Origin: an uncultured delta proteobacterium
GTDB lineage: Bacteria; Desulfobacterota; Zymogenia; Zymogenales; Zymogenaceae
NCBI GenBank assembly: GCA_963735595.1
Contig: CAVTLK010000002.1
Location: forward strand, 352,001-416,000
Length of the DNA stretch: 64,000 nucleotides
Reading direction: 5' to 3'
Positions 32,248 to 43,893 of this stretch are shown one piece after another; position 1 is the first letter of the stretch, and each line of letters begins with the position of its first letter. A model generated the notes under the pieces. The model worked only from the letters and a program-made list of their open reading frames with translations, ran no database searches and was not told the origin of the DNA. The position numbers and the translations under genes are program-made.

Positions 32248-32423
32248 TTATAAAAGAATCGCGGGCAGCAGCCACGCGATGACGGCAATAAGGATAAGGA
32301 CCAGCCCCACCACGCTCAGAAGATGCTCCCTATGAGGGAGGCGGCACCGTTTCGCCTCATATAGAGGTAGAGACCGAACGCGAGACAGAAGAGGGAAAAG
32401 AAGATTACGAATAGTGGATACAT
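32248..32423 (-). CDS. Possible small two-TM protein (needs one frameshift)
   Basis: MYPLFVIFFSLFCLAFGLYLY.. joined to LSVVGLVLILIAVIAWLL. Confidence 0.35.
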
Positions 32424-32435
32424 ATGCGTAGTCCC

Positions 32436-33060
32436 TTAGGCCCAATAGAGCCCCGTGATCCATAGACCGTAGAATACGACGACAAAAAGACCGACAATAA
32501 CCGCCCGTCCGTTCCTCACCTTTTCGTTAGGACCCGGCAGGACGGTAAAGATGAAGGCGAAGACCGACAATATCCAGCCGACGCAGCCCGACTCCCACGA
32601 TAAACGACCACAGGCGGTTTGGTGACGGTTCCCGGCTCAGTACTTCGGCAATCTTCTCACCGCTTATTTCGGGATGCGCCTCGGGGACGTGGGAGACAAG
32701 CCATGTATCGGCGCGATTGATCCACCCCTTGAACGGAGTAAAGGGTCCTCGTGCTGAATAGACGGCGCTCCTGAGCGTGTTCATGGCAAAAATCGCCGTC
32801 TCGGTATCTCCGTCAGCCCAGTACCTCTGCCCAATGTCCCAGAGGGCCGCCAGGGATCGCTTACCCCATGGGCTCATAGGGACGTACCATTTTATCGAGC
32901 GGCCGTAGTGGGCTATGGCGAGATCTATTTTATCTTGGCGCTCGGATTCAACGGCCCGCCTGTATTCCACCGCGGAGCCGAGGTAGACCCGCGACATAAT
33001 CATCACCAGAATCACAACCAGAAGCAGTAAAAACGTAGTAAACTTGTATGATTCATTCAT
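32436..33060 (-). CDS. Membrane-anchored TPR-like hypothetical protein (frameshift ~32585)
   Basis: N-terminal TM, AIAHYGRSIKWY helical repeats, two C-terminal TMs after the shift, TAA at 32436. Confidence 0.65.
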
Positions 33061-33062
33061 TG

Positions 33063-33845
33063 TTATCTGAAATCCCTCCGTGAGAAAATATACGAGGAGA
33101 TGACGAGCAGCACCGTGATATACAGTATCCCGTAGCCGACCGCAAAGAGGATATAACCCGTATCAACGGGCAGGCCGTGGACCGCCTGAGAACGGATGTT
33201 GAAGTTATCAAGGTTCGGAAAGAAGTAGTAGAGAAAGAGCATCAATTTCTGCAGGAACGTCCCCTCGAATCGAAAGCTGAACTGGTAAAGGTTTCGGGTT
33301 AGATGTCCAATCAGATATACGCCCAGTGTATACATACCGCTCAGGATGGGTGTGGAAAAAGACGAGAATAGTATTGCAACGGCGCACACGATCATGAGCT
33401 CAATAAAGGTCAGTCCCACGGCGAGAAACAGCAGCGGCGGCACGGTTCCCAGCTCGTTTATGACGATAATAAAGAAGATTGCGCTCATCGCGGCCACCTC
33501 GACCAGAAGGGTAAGTACGAGCCCAAAATATTTGCCGAGGAGAAACTGCCAGCGCGCCACCGGTTTTGAGACGATCGTATAGATCGTTCGCTTGTCTATC
33601 TCCTTATAGACCAATCCGATACCCACGAAGATCGCGATCAGTGTTCCGAAAATGGAAATTGAGGCGAGGCCGGTGTCGATGATGATTTTGGCCCGCTGAC
33701 CGATGGTGATAATATCCATTACCATTGACAACAAAAGGATTATGACCGCAAAAAAGACAATGGCATACAGGATTCTGTCTCTTACGGCCTCACGAAACGT
33801 ATTAATGATAATGGCCCAGATTTTCCGTATTGATGACGGTATCAT
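33063..33845 (-). CDS. ABC transporter permease, PilI-like
   Basis: NTFREAVRDRILY, KEIDKRTIYTIVSKPV.R.QFLLGKY, FSRRDF. Confidence 0.88.
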   Translation of the reverse strand: MIPSSIRKIWAIIINTFREAVRDRILYAIVFFAVIILLLSMVMDIITIGQRAKIIIDTGLASISIFGTLIAIFVGIGLVYKEIDKRTIYTIVSKPVARWQFLLGKYFGLVLTLLVEVAAMSAIFFIIVINELGTVPPLLFLAVGLTFIELMIVCAVAILFSSFSTPILSGMYTLGVYLIGHLTRNLYQFSFRFEGTFLQKLMLFLYYFFPNLDNFNIRSQAVHGLPVDTGYILFAVGYGILYITVLLVISSYIFSRRDFR

Positions 33846-34777
33846 GACGCGTCCCTTTTTATCTGACTCAGCACGAGATCTTCGAGGGTCATCCTGATGG
33901 GTTCCACCGATTCAATGGAGCCCCTGCCGGCCCTGATGATATCGATAACCTCATTGGCCCGCTCGGGGCCGTCGGTAATAAATACGGTATGCTGGCCGAC
34001 GATCCGTTTGACCACCGCCTTTTGGGCCAGCCGGGCAAGAAGCTTATCGTCAATGTCGCGGGCGGTAATCTCCACCGACTGAATTCGCTCGTTCAAGAGC
34101 TGATCGATGTTTCCCACATCGCTGATTCTGCCATCGATAATGATGCCCACCCGATCCGCGATGGCCTCCACGTCAGGGATGATATGGGACGAGAATATGA
34201 TGGTTTTGTTATCCTCCTTCAATCCCTGAATGATCTCGCGAACCTGGGCGCGGCCAAGGGGGTCCAGTCCGGACATCGGCTCATCGAGGATGATCAGCTC
34301 AGGATCGTTGATGAGCGCCTGGGCTATACCGATCCGCTGGAGCATGCCCTTGGAGAATTTCCTGAGCGGTTCGGAGGCCTTTTTCTCGAGGCCGACGGTT
34401 TTGAGCAGCCTTCTGATCCGTTCCCGCCGTACGCCGAGGGGAATCCCGAACAAACGCGCGTAGAAGTCGAGAAACTCCTGGGCGTTGAGGTATTCATAGA
34501 AATAAGGGCTCTCCGGGAGGAAGCCGATCTGTTGTTTGATGCCGATGTCACCGGGGGGATGGGAAAGGACGCTGACGTACCCGGAGCTCGGGAAGATAAT
34601 ACCGACAATGATCTTGAGGGTGGTCGTCTTGCCGGCGCCGTTCGGCCCCAAGTATCCGAAAATCTCCCCCTTATTAATGGTAAGGCTTACTCCCTTCAAG
34701 GCCTGAACCGCTTTCATCGTGAAACCGGTTCGAAAGGTCTTGGACACTCCTCTAAGCTCCAATGCGGTTTGGACCAT
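33842..34777 (-). CDS. ABC transporter ATP-binding protein, PilH-like
   Basis: GPNGAGKTT, FSKGMLQR, ILDEPMSGLDP. Confidence 0.92.
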   Translation of the reverse strand: MVQTALELRGVSKTFRTGFTMKAVQALKGVSLTINKGEIFGYLGPNGAGKTTTLKIIVGIIFPSSGYVSVLSHPPGDIGIKQQIGFLPESPYFYEYLNAQEFLDFYARLFGIPLGVRRERIRRLLKTVGLEKKASEPLRKFSKGMLQRIGIAQALINDPELIILDEPMSGLDPLGRAQVREIIQGLKEDNKTIIFSSHIIPDVEAIADRVGIIIDGRISDVGNIDQLLNERIQSVEITARDIDDKLLARLAQKAVVKRIVGQHTVFITDGPERANEVIDIIRAGRGSIESVEPIRMTLEDLVLSQIKRDAS

Positions 34778-35435
34778 TATTGTCTCCCGGTCTCGAGTTC
34801 CTTGATCCTGTCCATGATAATCTCTTTTATTTTCTGGTCGCGGAAATTGCCGTAGAGTATATAGAGAAATTCGAGTGTTGTCTCCCGCGTCTTGCCGTTA
34901 GCGCGAAGTTTTGCCGCGAAATCTTTGAGGTAGAGTGGTCCCCCGAGGTTGTGCGCGTTTTCGAGATAGCCCGCCGCCGTCTCAAAATCCGCACTCCCGA
35001 AAAAATAGTTAAGCCCGAGGGCAAACGGGAAATACCAGTCGTTGGGAAAGACCCGCTCGACCCTTGATCAGGATCTTCCGTGCGTTTTCGAACTGCCCTC
35101 CCTCGAGGTTGAGCATTAAGCCCGGCAAACATATAGGGGAACCTGAACTGAGGGTCCAGGGTCGTTATAAGGTCGGCAATATGATAGAACCAGACATAGG
35201 TGTGATCGGTCATAAGGTGCGTGGAGAAATAGTCGATCATCCTGATATAGAGGATATCGGCGACCAGCTGATCGAATCCGAGGCTTATGACCGTAATCAT
35301 ATTGCCCGAGGGAAGATAGAGGAGTTCCTCCTTCTCGGGCCAATCGCTGCGTAGGGTATCGAGATTTCTCTGGATGGTGTACAGGGAAATAAGGATCGCC
35401 GCGACGACAATTAAAAACGCGGCGCCCCTCCCCAT
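34777..35435 (-). CDS. PilG/XapA-like TPR-containing membrane-anchored protein, frameshifted
   Basis: N-terminal TM, LYLPSG..LGF..LVAD..YIR, ITTLDP.F..PY; the shifted frame ends in a TAATG overlap with the ATPase. Confidence 0.7.
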
Positions 35436-35539
35436 CGGGAATGCATAATCGGCACAGTTGCCTCATGATAATCGTATTATGATATAAACCTATCAAATTT
35501 TCCCGATTTTTTCAAGTGTTTTTCACCTTAAGGCCTCGA

Positions 35540-36482
35540 TTAAAGAAGATAAGGGCGATAAATAAGAGGGCCGAGAAAAAGTACCCACAGCAAGAGGATC
35601 ATCCGATCAAGGGTTGCCGCGAATACTACGCGGGTGAAAGTCGATCCCCAGTCCTCCGCCCAAGAGTCCCATAACGAATTCCTTTACGCCCAGCCCTCCG
35701 GGCACCATGCTCGAAACGGCCGAGGATATTGGACAATGGAACAAGGATAAAGCCCGGCCGCGTAATTCGGCGTCAATCCGACGGCCGCAAGGCACAGCGT
35801 GATCCTCATCGAGTCAATACATACCATACAGAGGTCGGTCGCGATAAGCAACACCAATCGCCTCCCCCCCGTCCTGATTACCCGCCATCCCTCGAGGAAG
35901 CGAAGGACGTGAGGGTTATTTACACGCCCGGTCCGGCGGTCGATCCTCAGAAAAAAGATGAGCGGTACGATAATCAGTATGACATAGATAGCCATGATCG
36001 GCCACGAAAAGACGCCGGATGAGAGCCACAAAACGCTCATGGCCGATCACGCCCACGGTAGAAAAAGTTACGATCGCCAATACCGAGCTTGCCGCCGCCG
36101 TCGCCAGGAAACGGGCGTAAGAAAAGTCGTGCGCCGCTTTCAGGAAGACGGCCCCCGCGACGGCGCCTCCCTTGAACGGGAGGTAGTTAAAGAAGGTCGT
36201 CATCTGGGCGAGCCCCATCCATTCGTATGGGGCGAGCCTGAGACCAAACATTCCTGTCAGGAGTTTCATCCGCACCCCGCCGAGAAACTGAAACGAGAGG
36301 ATGAGCAGACTCATGATCATAATGAAAGGCCAGCTGACCTCGGTTTCGGCGGTAAAGCTCGCGCCATGCCGTTGATAAAACCAACGCGCACACAGGATGA
36401 CGGCCAAAAGCCCCACGATACCGATAACCCCGCGAAGAAGTCTTCGTTCGGGCCACCGCGTCGGGTCTTTATCCTTCTGCAT
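35540..36482 (-). CDS. LPG-synthase-TM (UPF0104) flippase-like membrane protein, frameshifted
   Basis: FFNYLPFKGG, PGGLGVKE, multiple TM segments. Confidence 0.75.
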
Positions 36483-36485
36483 ATT

Positions 36486-37901
36486 CTAGTAGGCCCCCCT
36501 CCGGGATAGAATGGCCGGGAGTGTCCTCATGATGATGGAAATATCCAGGACAAGAGACCGATTCCTGATGTAATAAAAGTCGTATTGTATGTTCTCTTCC
36601 AGGGGGAGGTCTTTTCTCCCGATCACCTGCCAGAGGCCCGTGAGTCCGGGCTTGACGGAAAGCCGCTTCTTTTCCCACTCCTTATACTTCGCCACGATAA
36701 ACGGCATCTCGGGCCGGGGGCCGACGATGCTCATATCACCGACGACGATATTGATGAGCTGCGGCAGCTCGTCCAGCGAAAACTTTCTCAGGAAGCGTCC
36801 CAACCGCGTAATGCGGGAGTCGGCGGGACTCTTCGGGGATCGAGCATACGCATCCGTCTCGGAGTACATCGTCCTGAACTTGAGCATGTTAAAGAGCTTA
36901 CCGTCCTTTCCCACCCGGGACTGTGAAAAAAAGACGGGCCCCCGTGAATCGATCCTAATCCACAGGACAATGAGAAGCCACAAGGGAAAACTCAGAATAA
37001 TGCACGCGACCGATATGGCGATATCCATCGCCCGTTTAATGGCCTCGTATCCGATCCCCGCACCTCCCCCTTTAAGATCCACGACCGGGAATGTCCCGAT
37101 CATGTCGATCGGGGTATTGTCAGAGATCACTTCAAAGACGTCGGTGACGATGTGAAAAGAGGTCTTTCTGCGCGGGCAGGAAGAGATGATGTCAAATATC
37201 CGGTGGTGGCTGATGTTCGGGATAGCAAAGAAGACGTCGTCTATATCGTATTTGATGATGATGGTATTGATGTCCTTCTCTCCGCCAAGAACCGGCAATC
37301 CCCCCACAACCGCGCCGTGTTTCTTCTCGTCCTTGTCAATAAATCCGACTACCTCATAGCCGATCTCTCGCGAATCCTGAAGCTTCTGGACGGTCCGGAT
37401 TCCGCTTTCCCCGGCGCCTATAACGATCGCCTTAACCGTCAACAGGCCCCGGCGCCACAGGCGTGTCTCAATACCTCGAACAATGAGCCGAGACATCGTC
37501 AGGGTAACGAGCGACAACCCTCCCATCAAGATGATGACCGACCGGCCGAGATCGAGGTCCTTGAATAAAAAGGCCAACGACATGCTCACGAGAAGTCCGA
37601 GCAGGAAGGCCTTAGAAATCGCGCGAAACTCCCTTACAAGGGATACTTGGCCGACGCGGCGGTAGAGCCCGAAAAAGAAGCAGACGGAGATCCAGACCAA
37701 CACCATGATTGGAGTGAATAGGAGATAGACCCGAAACGGATTTATGAGCTTGAGAAAATAGAAAGGCACTGAAAAACGGAGCCAATAGGCGCAGAACCAG
37801 GAGAGACAAATAAACACCGCATCGAAAACGACAAGAAGCACGACAATCGTGCGATGCCCGCGCTTTCCGGAAAAGAGGAAGGTAAGGCCGCTATCTCTCA
37901 C
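36486..37901 (-). CDS. Polyprenyl-phosphate sugar phosphotransferase (WcaJ/WbaP family)
   Basis: KRAMDI, KFRTM, SLDELPQL, GDMSIVGPRPE, KPGLTGLWQ; start uncertain (GTG 37901 assumed). Confidence 0.9.
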   Translation of the reverse strand: MRDSGLTFLFSGKRGHRTIVVLLVVFDAVFICLSWFCAYWLRFSVPFYFLKLINPFRVYLLFTPIMVLVWISVCFFFGLYRRVGQVSLVREFRAISKAFLLGLLVSMSLAFLFKDLDLGRSVIILMGGLSLVTLTMSRLIVRGIETRLWRRGLLTVKAIVIGAGESGIRTVQKLQDSREIGYEVVGFIDKDEKKHGAVVGGLPVLGGEKDINTIIIKYDIDDVFFAIPNISHHRIFDIISSCPRRKTSFHIVTDVFEVISDNTPIDMIGTFPVVDLKGGGAGIGYEAIKRAMDIAISVACIILSFPLWLLIVLWIRIDSRGPVFFSQSRVGKDGKLFNMLKFRTMYSETDAYARSPKSPADSRITRLGRFLRKFSLDELPQLINIVVGDMSIVGPRPEMPFIVAKYKEWEKKRLSVKPGLTGLWQVIGRKDLPLEENIQYDFYYIRNRSLVLDISIIMRTLPAILSRRGAY

Positions 37902-40019
37902 GGTTCGTAAGCTCCGCCAGCCGATTCCTGATGCTCTTGTTTGCCGGGAAAAGATCGGAGGCCTCCCGATAGTGCGCAAGCGCCTCTCCGTAATCGCCGT
38001 TCTTCTCCAGAATCTGTCCGAGACCCCAGTGGGCCATCAGGTTATCGGGATCGTTGGAAAGAGCCGTCATGAGAGCCTCCTCGGCCCCCTGAAGATCTCC
38101 CGAGTTTTATCAGGCATCTGGCCAGCGACACGTATGCCGGGGCGGAGTCCGGGAAACGCTCATTAACCCGGGAAAAGAGTTCGGCTGCCGCCCGCCAGTC
38201 TTCGGATTTCATCAGTAAAACGGCCCGCTCGTATTCGGTCGGAACGTAGTCATCGGCGCCGGTATAACGGTAAAGATCAACGGGATTTCCCCGAATGTAA
38301 AACGTTTCGACGAGGACCAGGCAGTCGTAGGTCTCGGGGTAGTTCGCCTCGATATAGGCCAGACCATTAACGGTATCGATAGCGAGGTGAGTCGTCCTGC
38401 TTTTTTCGAATCGCTCACACGGGTGCGTGCGCTTCGGGTCCGTAAAGGTCATATAGACGCGTTTCAGGTTACTCTCCATGGTGAGGGGATGCGCATACGA
38501 TCCCGAGATCTTCGCATCGTTTCCGACCATTACACCGATATCCCGAGAGGCCTTGAAAGCCGTGTGGCGCGGTTTTGTAAACCAGGTCCAAAACATCGTG
38601 GTCTGGCCTGCGAGAAAGACGAAAACAACCACACCCGCTACGGCAATTCTGAGACTCCTCCTGACAAAGGGTTTCTGTTTTTTTTGCTCGATCCTTCTAT
38701 CCGCGAGAAAAGTTAGCCGCCGTGATAATAATGGAGATGATCAGCGAGAGAGACAGAAGAAAATAGAACGAGCTGGCGAAATTGAGGGTTGAGAGGATGT
38801 TTTTAGCCATCGGAATCGATATCCGCAACCCGTTGACGAATGTCTCGAAATTCTCCGCAGTATAAACCAGCGCCACTATCAATAGCCTGAATACAAGGAA
38901 GATGAGCCAGAACGGAAGCACAAGGTAGAAAGTGTAACCGAGGTCCTGTCTTGGCGTTGGGCTGAGGAAGCGGGCGAGGGCGGCGGCGGCAAGGACAAAC
39001 ATCGGCGGATAGAGAAAAAGGAAGAACCGAGGCGGCGCGTATCTGAAAAAGACCGTGGCGGCCGCTCCAAAGACCAGCCAGACTACAAAGAGCACAATGA
39101 TCAAGTCCTTCCCTTCCGTCAGACGGATCCTTTTCTGGAAGAGGTCTTTGGTAAGGAAAATAAGGTAACAATACGAGAGAAACGAAACGACGGGATTCCT
39201 TTCGATGACGCCTCCGCTTGCCCCAAAATTAAAAATATAGAGGAGGATATTATCATCGAAGAGGTCCTTCCTCATGTGAGTCCTGAGCTTTCCCGCGGCA
39301 ACGTCGATTGGTGAAAGGTCGAAAAACCTCGCCATCAGCGCGAAGAGAAGGACAACGATTCCCGTAAACAGGACGACCAGAATGCCCGTGGTCGCCATAG
39401 ATTTTACCGGCTTCCTGTGAGAAAGATAGATGATCAGATGCCCAACGAGAAAGGCCGGTATCAGCGCCGCGGCGATGATCTTGATGAATAATACCGCAAT
39501 CAAAAGGACCATCCACGCGCCGATGAAATAAACCGGCTGCTTGGCGCCTTTTATCCATAGCCACGCGGCGATAAGCATATACATTACCATCGCCGTATAG
39601 ATGATCGGTATTCGATTGAACATCGCCCACATATAGGTGAACGCCCAGAAAAGGCAGGCCAGCCAGATTATCTTCTCATCCTTGATCTCTTTGAGGATCA
39701 AGAAGAAGAAGACAAAGGCCACAAGCGAGAGGACGACCGTCGTAAGGTTTACCTGAGCAAGCCCCACACCAAAAATCAGGAGGGTGGGCAGGTAGAGAAG
39801 GGAATAGGCCGGCGCGTTCCATATGCTGGATATTGGTTTGAAGTCCCCACCCCTGGCCAGGTCAACCGCCGGGGACAGATAGTATGCGGCGTCGGTGCTC
39901 GGCCCCTGTGACCACGAAATATCAAAGGGGGCGTCCGCCGAGGGATAGATCATTCGAACGGCCAGGGTTAAAACGAAAAAGACAACAAAAACGGCCGGTA
40001 GAAACCATGTTCGTTTCAT
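37891..40019 (-). CDS. Multi-pass GT-C (ArnT/PMT-like) glycosyltransferase with C-terminal TPRs, frameshifted
   Basis: TDAAYY after TM1, about 13 TMs, PPRFFLFLYP, soluble C-domain with TPRs (AAELFSR..FPDSAPAYVSLARC) ending at TAG 37891. Confidence 0.65.
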
Positions 40020-41484
40020 CGCTGGTTACCTTTTCGCAAAAAATCCTTCAGGTGCCCGAGTACGGCGCGCCCGCCCCTCAGGACATATCGTACGTCATTG
40101 AGCGATCGTATCTTCCTGACATTGCGTATAATGAACCTGGGGGAAAAGAACGATTTATATATCCCGCCGCAGATCGCCATTACCTCTTGGGGGCTCATGT
40201 CGGGGGTCGTAAATACGGGTTCGCGCATGTCGAAGCGCTCGTATTCTTGGGGATCAAACCTGAAGAGCCCTTCTTCCACCGCCAGTTTGTAGAGGGGGGT
40301 GCCGGGGTAGGGAACCAACACCGTGGCCTGGAGCATTTCTGCGTATCCGTCCCTCATGAGGCTGCGGGCGAGCCCGAGGGTGGTAAGGGCGTCGGCGCGC
40401 GTCTCCCAGGGATATCCCACCATGACCGTAAGGTGGACATCGATCTTGGCCCGTGCCGCATTCCGGCATCCGGTAACGATGTCATCGACCGTGATTCCTT
40501 TACATACCTTGTCCAGGGTTTTCTGGTTTGCGCTCTCTAACCCCGACTTGACTTTCCGGAATCCGGCCCGTTTCATGAGCATGGGGAACCTCCGGATCGG
40601 TAAGGTAGTCGAAGCGCATATTGCACGAAAAAAGGATACGCTTGTGATAGCCCCTCTCGATCATCCCGTCGCAGAAGTCCCTGAGCCATTGCCCCCCGGG
40701 AAAGGTGCCCGTGTCGTCGAAGATTTCCCGCGCCCCGTGTTTGTCGATCAAATAACCGATCTCGTCCAGGACATGCTTAACCGGCCGCATCTGGAATTCC
40801 GGGTAAAGTATTGTCCAGGCACAGAAGGTGCATCGATGCCATGGGCAATCCCTGCCTGCCATGATATAGAAAAAAGGGGTATGGCGTTTCCATTTCTCGC
40901 CATAGAGATGAGCCTCGAGTCAGCTCCCGATCGATGAAGGGCGCCGTTTCGAGGGGGTAGTCCGTACGGAAGGGGCCGGTTTCCCCTATTTCACCGTTCT
41001 GCTTTCGGAACCAGAGTCCCGGCGGCCGATCACCCGCGCCATCGAGATTCTTCACGAGTTCGGAAAGGGCGAAGTCATAATACCCACCGGTCAATACGAA
41101 ATCGACCGACGAGCGCTCCATCGATTCGCCCGGCAGGGCGGTAACGTGGTCGCCCGTCAGGGCGACGCGGATACTCGTATCGATGTCTTTAATATCGTCG
41201 ATGATCCGCCAATGCTGTCGGATGACGGGGGTTTTGCTTTCCATGACGATAAGGTCCGGCCTTTCCTCACGGACCGTCTTGATGAAATCGGGATAGTCTC
41301 TCTTATGGGCTATCCCATCGTACCAGATTACCCGGTGGCCCGCCCGTGAGAGGATCGTAGCGGCGGAGGCAGAGACAACCGGGTAGATATAGGAGGGCTC
41401 ATGATACCATTGGAACTGGCGGTTTTGGGTCAGCATCGGGCTCCCCTTACCGGAGAGGGCCGGATAGGCAATCATCACCTTCAT
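40016..41484 (-). CDS. B12-binding-domain radical SAM protein (HpnJ-like architecture), two frameshifts
   Basis: N-terminal B12-binding-like domain (PDLIVME, TGDHVTALP), GRDCPWHRCTFC, GLESANQ..L, MVGYPWET, PYPGTPLY. Confidence 0.85.
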
Positions 41485-41489
41485 TGCCC

Positions 41490-42302
41490 TTATTTCCTCC
41501 CTCGTAAACGTAAGGCGAGCATCCGCAGCAGGAAGGCCGGATTCCCCAGAATATATCGCGAAAACATCCGTACCGGTTCTATGAGAAACCGAAAAAGCCA
41601 TTCCATGTGCATCGTTCTCATCCAGGCGGGCGATCTCTTGACCTTTCCCGAAACGAAATCGAAAACGGCCCCCACACACCATACCAATGGGACGTTAAGC
41701 TTGCGGCGGTTCTGCGCCGCCCAGATCTCCTGGACAGGCGAGCCAAGCCCTACGAGGAGGCAGTCGGGCCGCAGCTTATTGATGGCGGCGATGGTCGCAT
41801 CGCTCGGGGCGCCGTCCTTGACAAAGTAGCCGTGGTGTGTCCCGAGGATGGAAAGACGCGGGTATTTTTCCCGCAGTGTTTCGGCCGCCTTCTCGGAGAC
41901 GCCCGGCTCGCCGGCGAGGATAAAGAGGGAACGTCCTTCGCGCTGGAACGTCCCGCAGAGGTCATAGATAAAATCTGCTGCGGTAAGTCTTTGCTCGATC
42001 CGTCTTCCGAGTATCCGGGCGCCCAACAGGACGCCGGAGCCGTCGCAGTAGATAAGGTCGGCATTGGCGAGGGCCGACCTCATCGGGCCGACCGAATGAG
42101 CGAGGTTCATGGTGTGGATGTTCGCGTACATAATCAGGTGAGTTTTGCCGTCTGTAATGTACTCATGCACCACTCCCAAAAGCTCTCTCAGGCCGAGGTT
42201 CGCGATACCAATACCTTCGACGACTACCGTTTCATGGATCACGGCCACCTCTTTTTGGAGCGCGTTATCTCGATCGTGGAATCGGGTCTCGGCCAGTCTC
42301 AT
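41490..42302 (-). CDS. WecB/TagA/CpsF-family glycosyltransferase
   Basis: CDGSG, HHGYF, VGLGSPVQE, VGAVFDF, EWLFRF..EP.R...RY. Confidence 0.92.
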   Translation of the reverse strand: MRLAETRFHDRDNALQKEVAVIHETVVVEGIGIANLGLRELLGVVHEYITDGKTHLIMYANIHTMNLAHSVGPMRSALANADLIYCDGSGVLLGARILGRRIEQRLTAADFIYDLCGTFQREGRSLFILAGEPGVSEKAAETLREKYPRLSILGTHHGYFVKDGAPSDATIAAINKLRPDCLLVGLGSPVQEIWAAQNRRKLNVPLVWCVGAVFDFVSGKVKRSPAWMRTMHMEWLFRFLIEPVRMFSRYILGNPAFLLRMLALRLRGRK

Positions 42303-42601
42303 TGGGCAGAGCATATCATATCTGCCGTAGCTTGTCACGGAGATTATGGAAAACGGGAAGAACGCGGCTGTATCCTCGGGTATCCGACGCTAATGGATTG
42401 GGGGGAGGGTTGGGGAATAAGGAAAGGGCCTATTATCGCCGATCGAAGAGATAAGCAGATCACGTGAGTCGTAAGAAGGCCTCTATGCGGGGCCGAACCG
42501 TGTGGAAAAACGGGTTATGGTGTTATCGGCTATCCCGCGCCGCGGAGATTTCGCATTTTTCCTGACGTCTGCCTTAACCGATCGATTATCGGCAAATCAC
42601 G

Positions 42602-43573
42602 TTAGGAGTAGGGAATGAACTCCTCTCCCATCAGTCTGCGGATTTCACGGGGGCAGACCGTTCTGGCGGCCTGGATGATTTCCCTCTTCTTTTTCATTTT
42701 CGGCGCCATCCGGGCCGCCTCCCAATAGGCGCGCAGCAGGAACGGCTCGCGCAGTAACGCCCAGACGAAGAGCGCCGCCTCATACGGTGCGATCGACGGC
42801 AGATGCATGAGGTAATCTGAAATCGTGTCGTTCTTAATCAACATAAGATAACGGTTTCTGAATTGGAGGTAACGGGCCATCTTTGACCGTTCGGACCGTT
42901 TCTTGGTCGCGTATTCGTGGACGTGACACGATACTGCCAGCGGCTCGTAGTAGCACCGCCAACCAAGAAGCTGTGCCCGCCACGAGAGGTCGGCCTCTTC
43001 ACGATAGGCGAAGAAATCCTCGTCGAAATATTCGTCGCCAATCCTGATATCTTCCAGCATCTCGCGCTTGAACATCGCTTCCGAGCCCATGATTCCGAAT
43101 ACCCAACCGGGTTCGTCGAATTCCTTACGGTCGCTTTCCCCGGCCCCACGGTCGTCATTCTTGCGGCTCTTATTGAGGACCATACCGGCGCTATCGATGA
43201 TCTGACCGCCTATCCGCAGGACCTTTCCGGCGACCATCCCGATCCTTTCGTCCCGATCGAAAGCGGCAACCTTCTTCTGGATAAAGTCCGGTTCCATGAA
43301 GAGGTCGGGATTTAAGGTCATGAAATAGTCGAAGCCGCCTTCCCTGATGACCCGGTTGTGCCCACCGGAGAAGCCAAGGTTGGACGTATGAAGGATAGTT
43401 CGATGGTGATCTTTATAATCATGGATTACCTTCTTTGATCCGTCAGTTGAAACGTTATCACTTATTACCAACTTAGTATTTTTATAGGTCTGCTCCTCTA
43501 TATGGCGGATGCATTTAGGGAGATACCCCCGGTGATTGTGAACCAATAGACTAACAACTACCTTCCGGATCAC
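42602..43573 (-). CDS. Glycosyltransferase family 2
   Basis: SDNVSTDGS, NLGFSGGHN, LNPD, FFAYREEADLSWR. Confidence 0.9.
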   Translation of the reverse strand: MIRKVVVSLLVHNHRGYLPKCIRHIEEQTYKNTKLVISDNVSTDGSKKVIHDYKDHHRTILHTSNLGFSGGHNRVIREGGFDYFMTLNPDLFMEPDFIQKKVAAFDRDERIGMVAGKVLRIGGQIIDSAGMVLNKSRKNDDRGAGESDRKEFDEPGWVFGIMGSEAMFKREMLEDIRIGDEYFDEDFFAYREEADLSWRAQLLGWRCYYEPLAVSCHVHEYATKKRSERSKMARYLQFRNRYLMLIKNDTISDYLMHLPSIAPYEAALFVWALLREPFLLRAYWEAARMAPKMKKKREIIQAARTVCPREIRRLMGEEFIPYS

Positions 43574-43893
43574 CGCGATAACCTCCTGCTATGTTTGCTA
43601 AACCTTAATATTTTCCCGAAGCAGCCATTATTAAATACCTGCTTAAACATGGGGAGTTAACCCGATTGCTGAAATGTATGTGAGTGACCCTTTAGGTCGC
43701 GAGCTTTGCTAAATATTTACATACATACTCGTTGTATCTATCTCTTGAGTATTGGCAACCTTTAGTTGCGCGAGAGGCAAAAATAAGAAAACTTTACAGT
43801 CTCATGGCGTTATTTTCCTTAAAAGAAAAAAAGAAAAATAGTTACCACGCAAATGGAAAAGTGTAGCGGTAAGAGCAACTATAAATTATTTAG

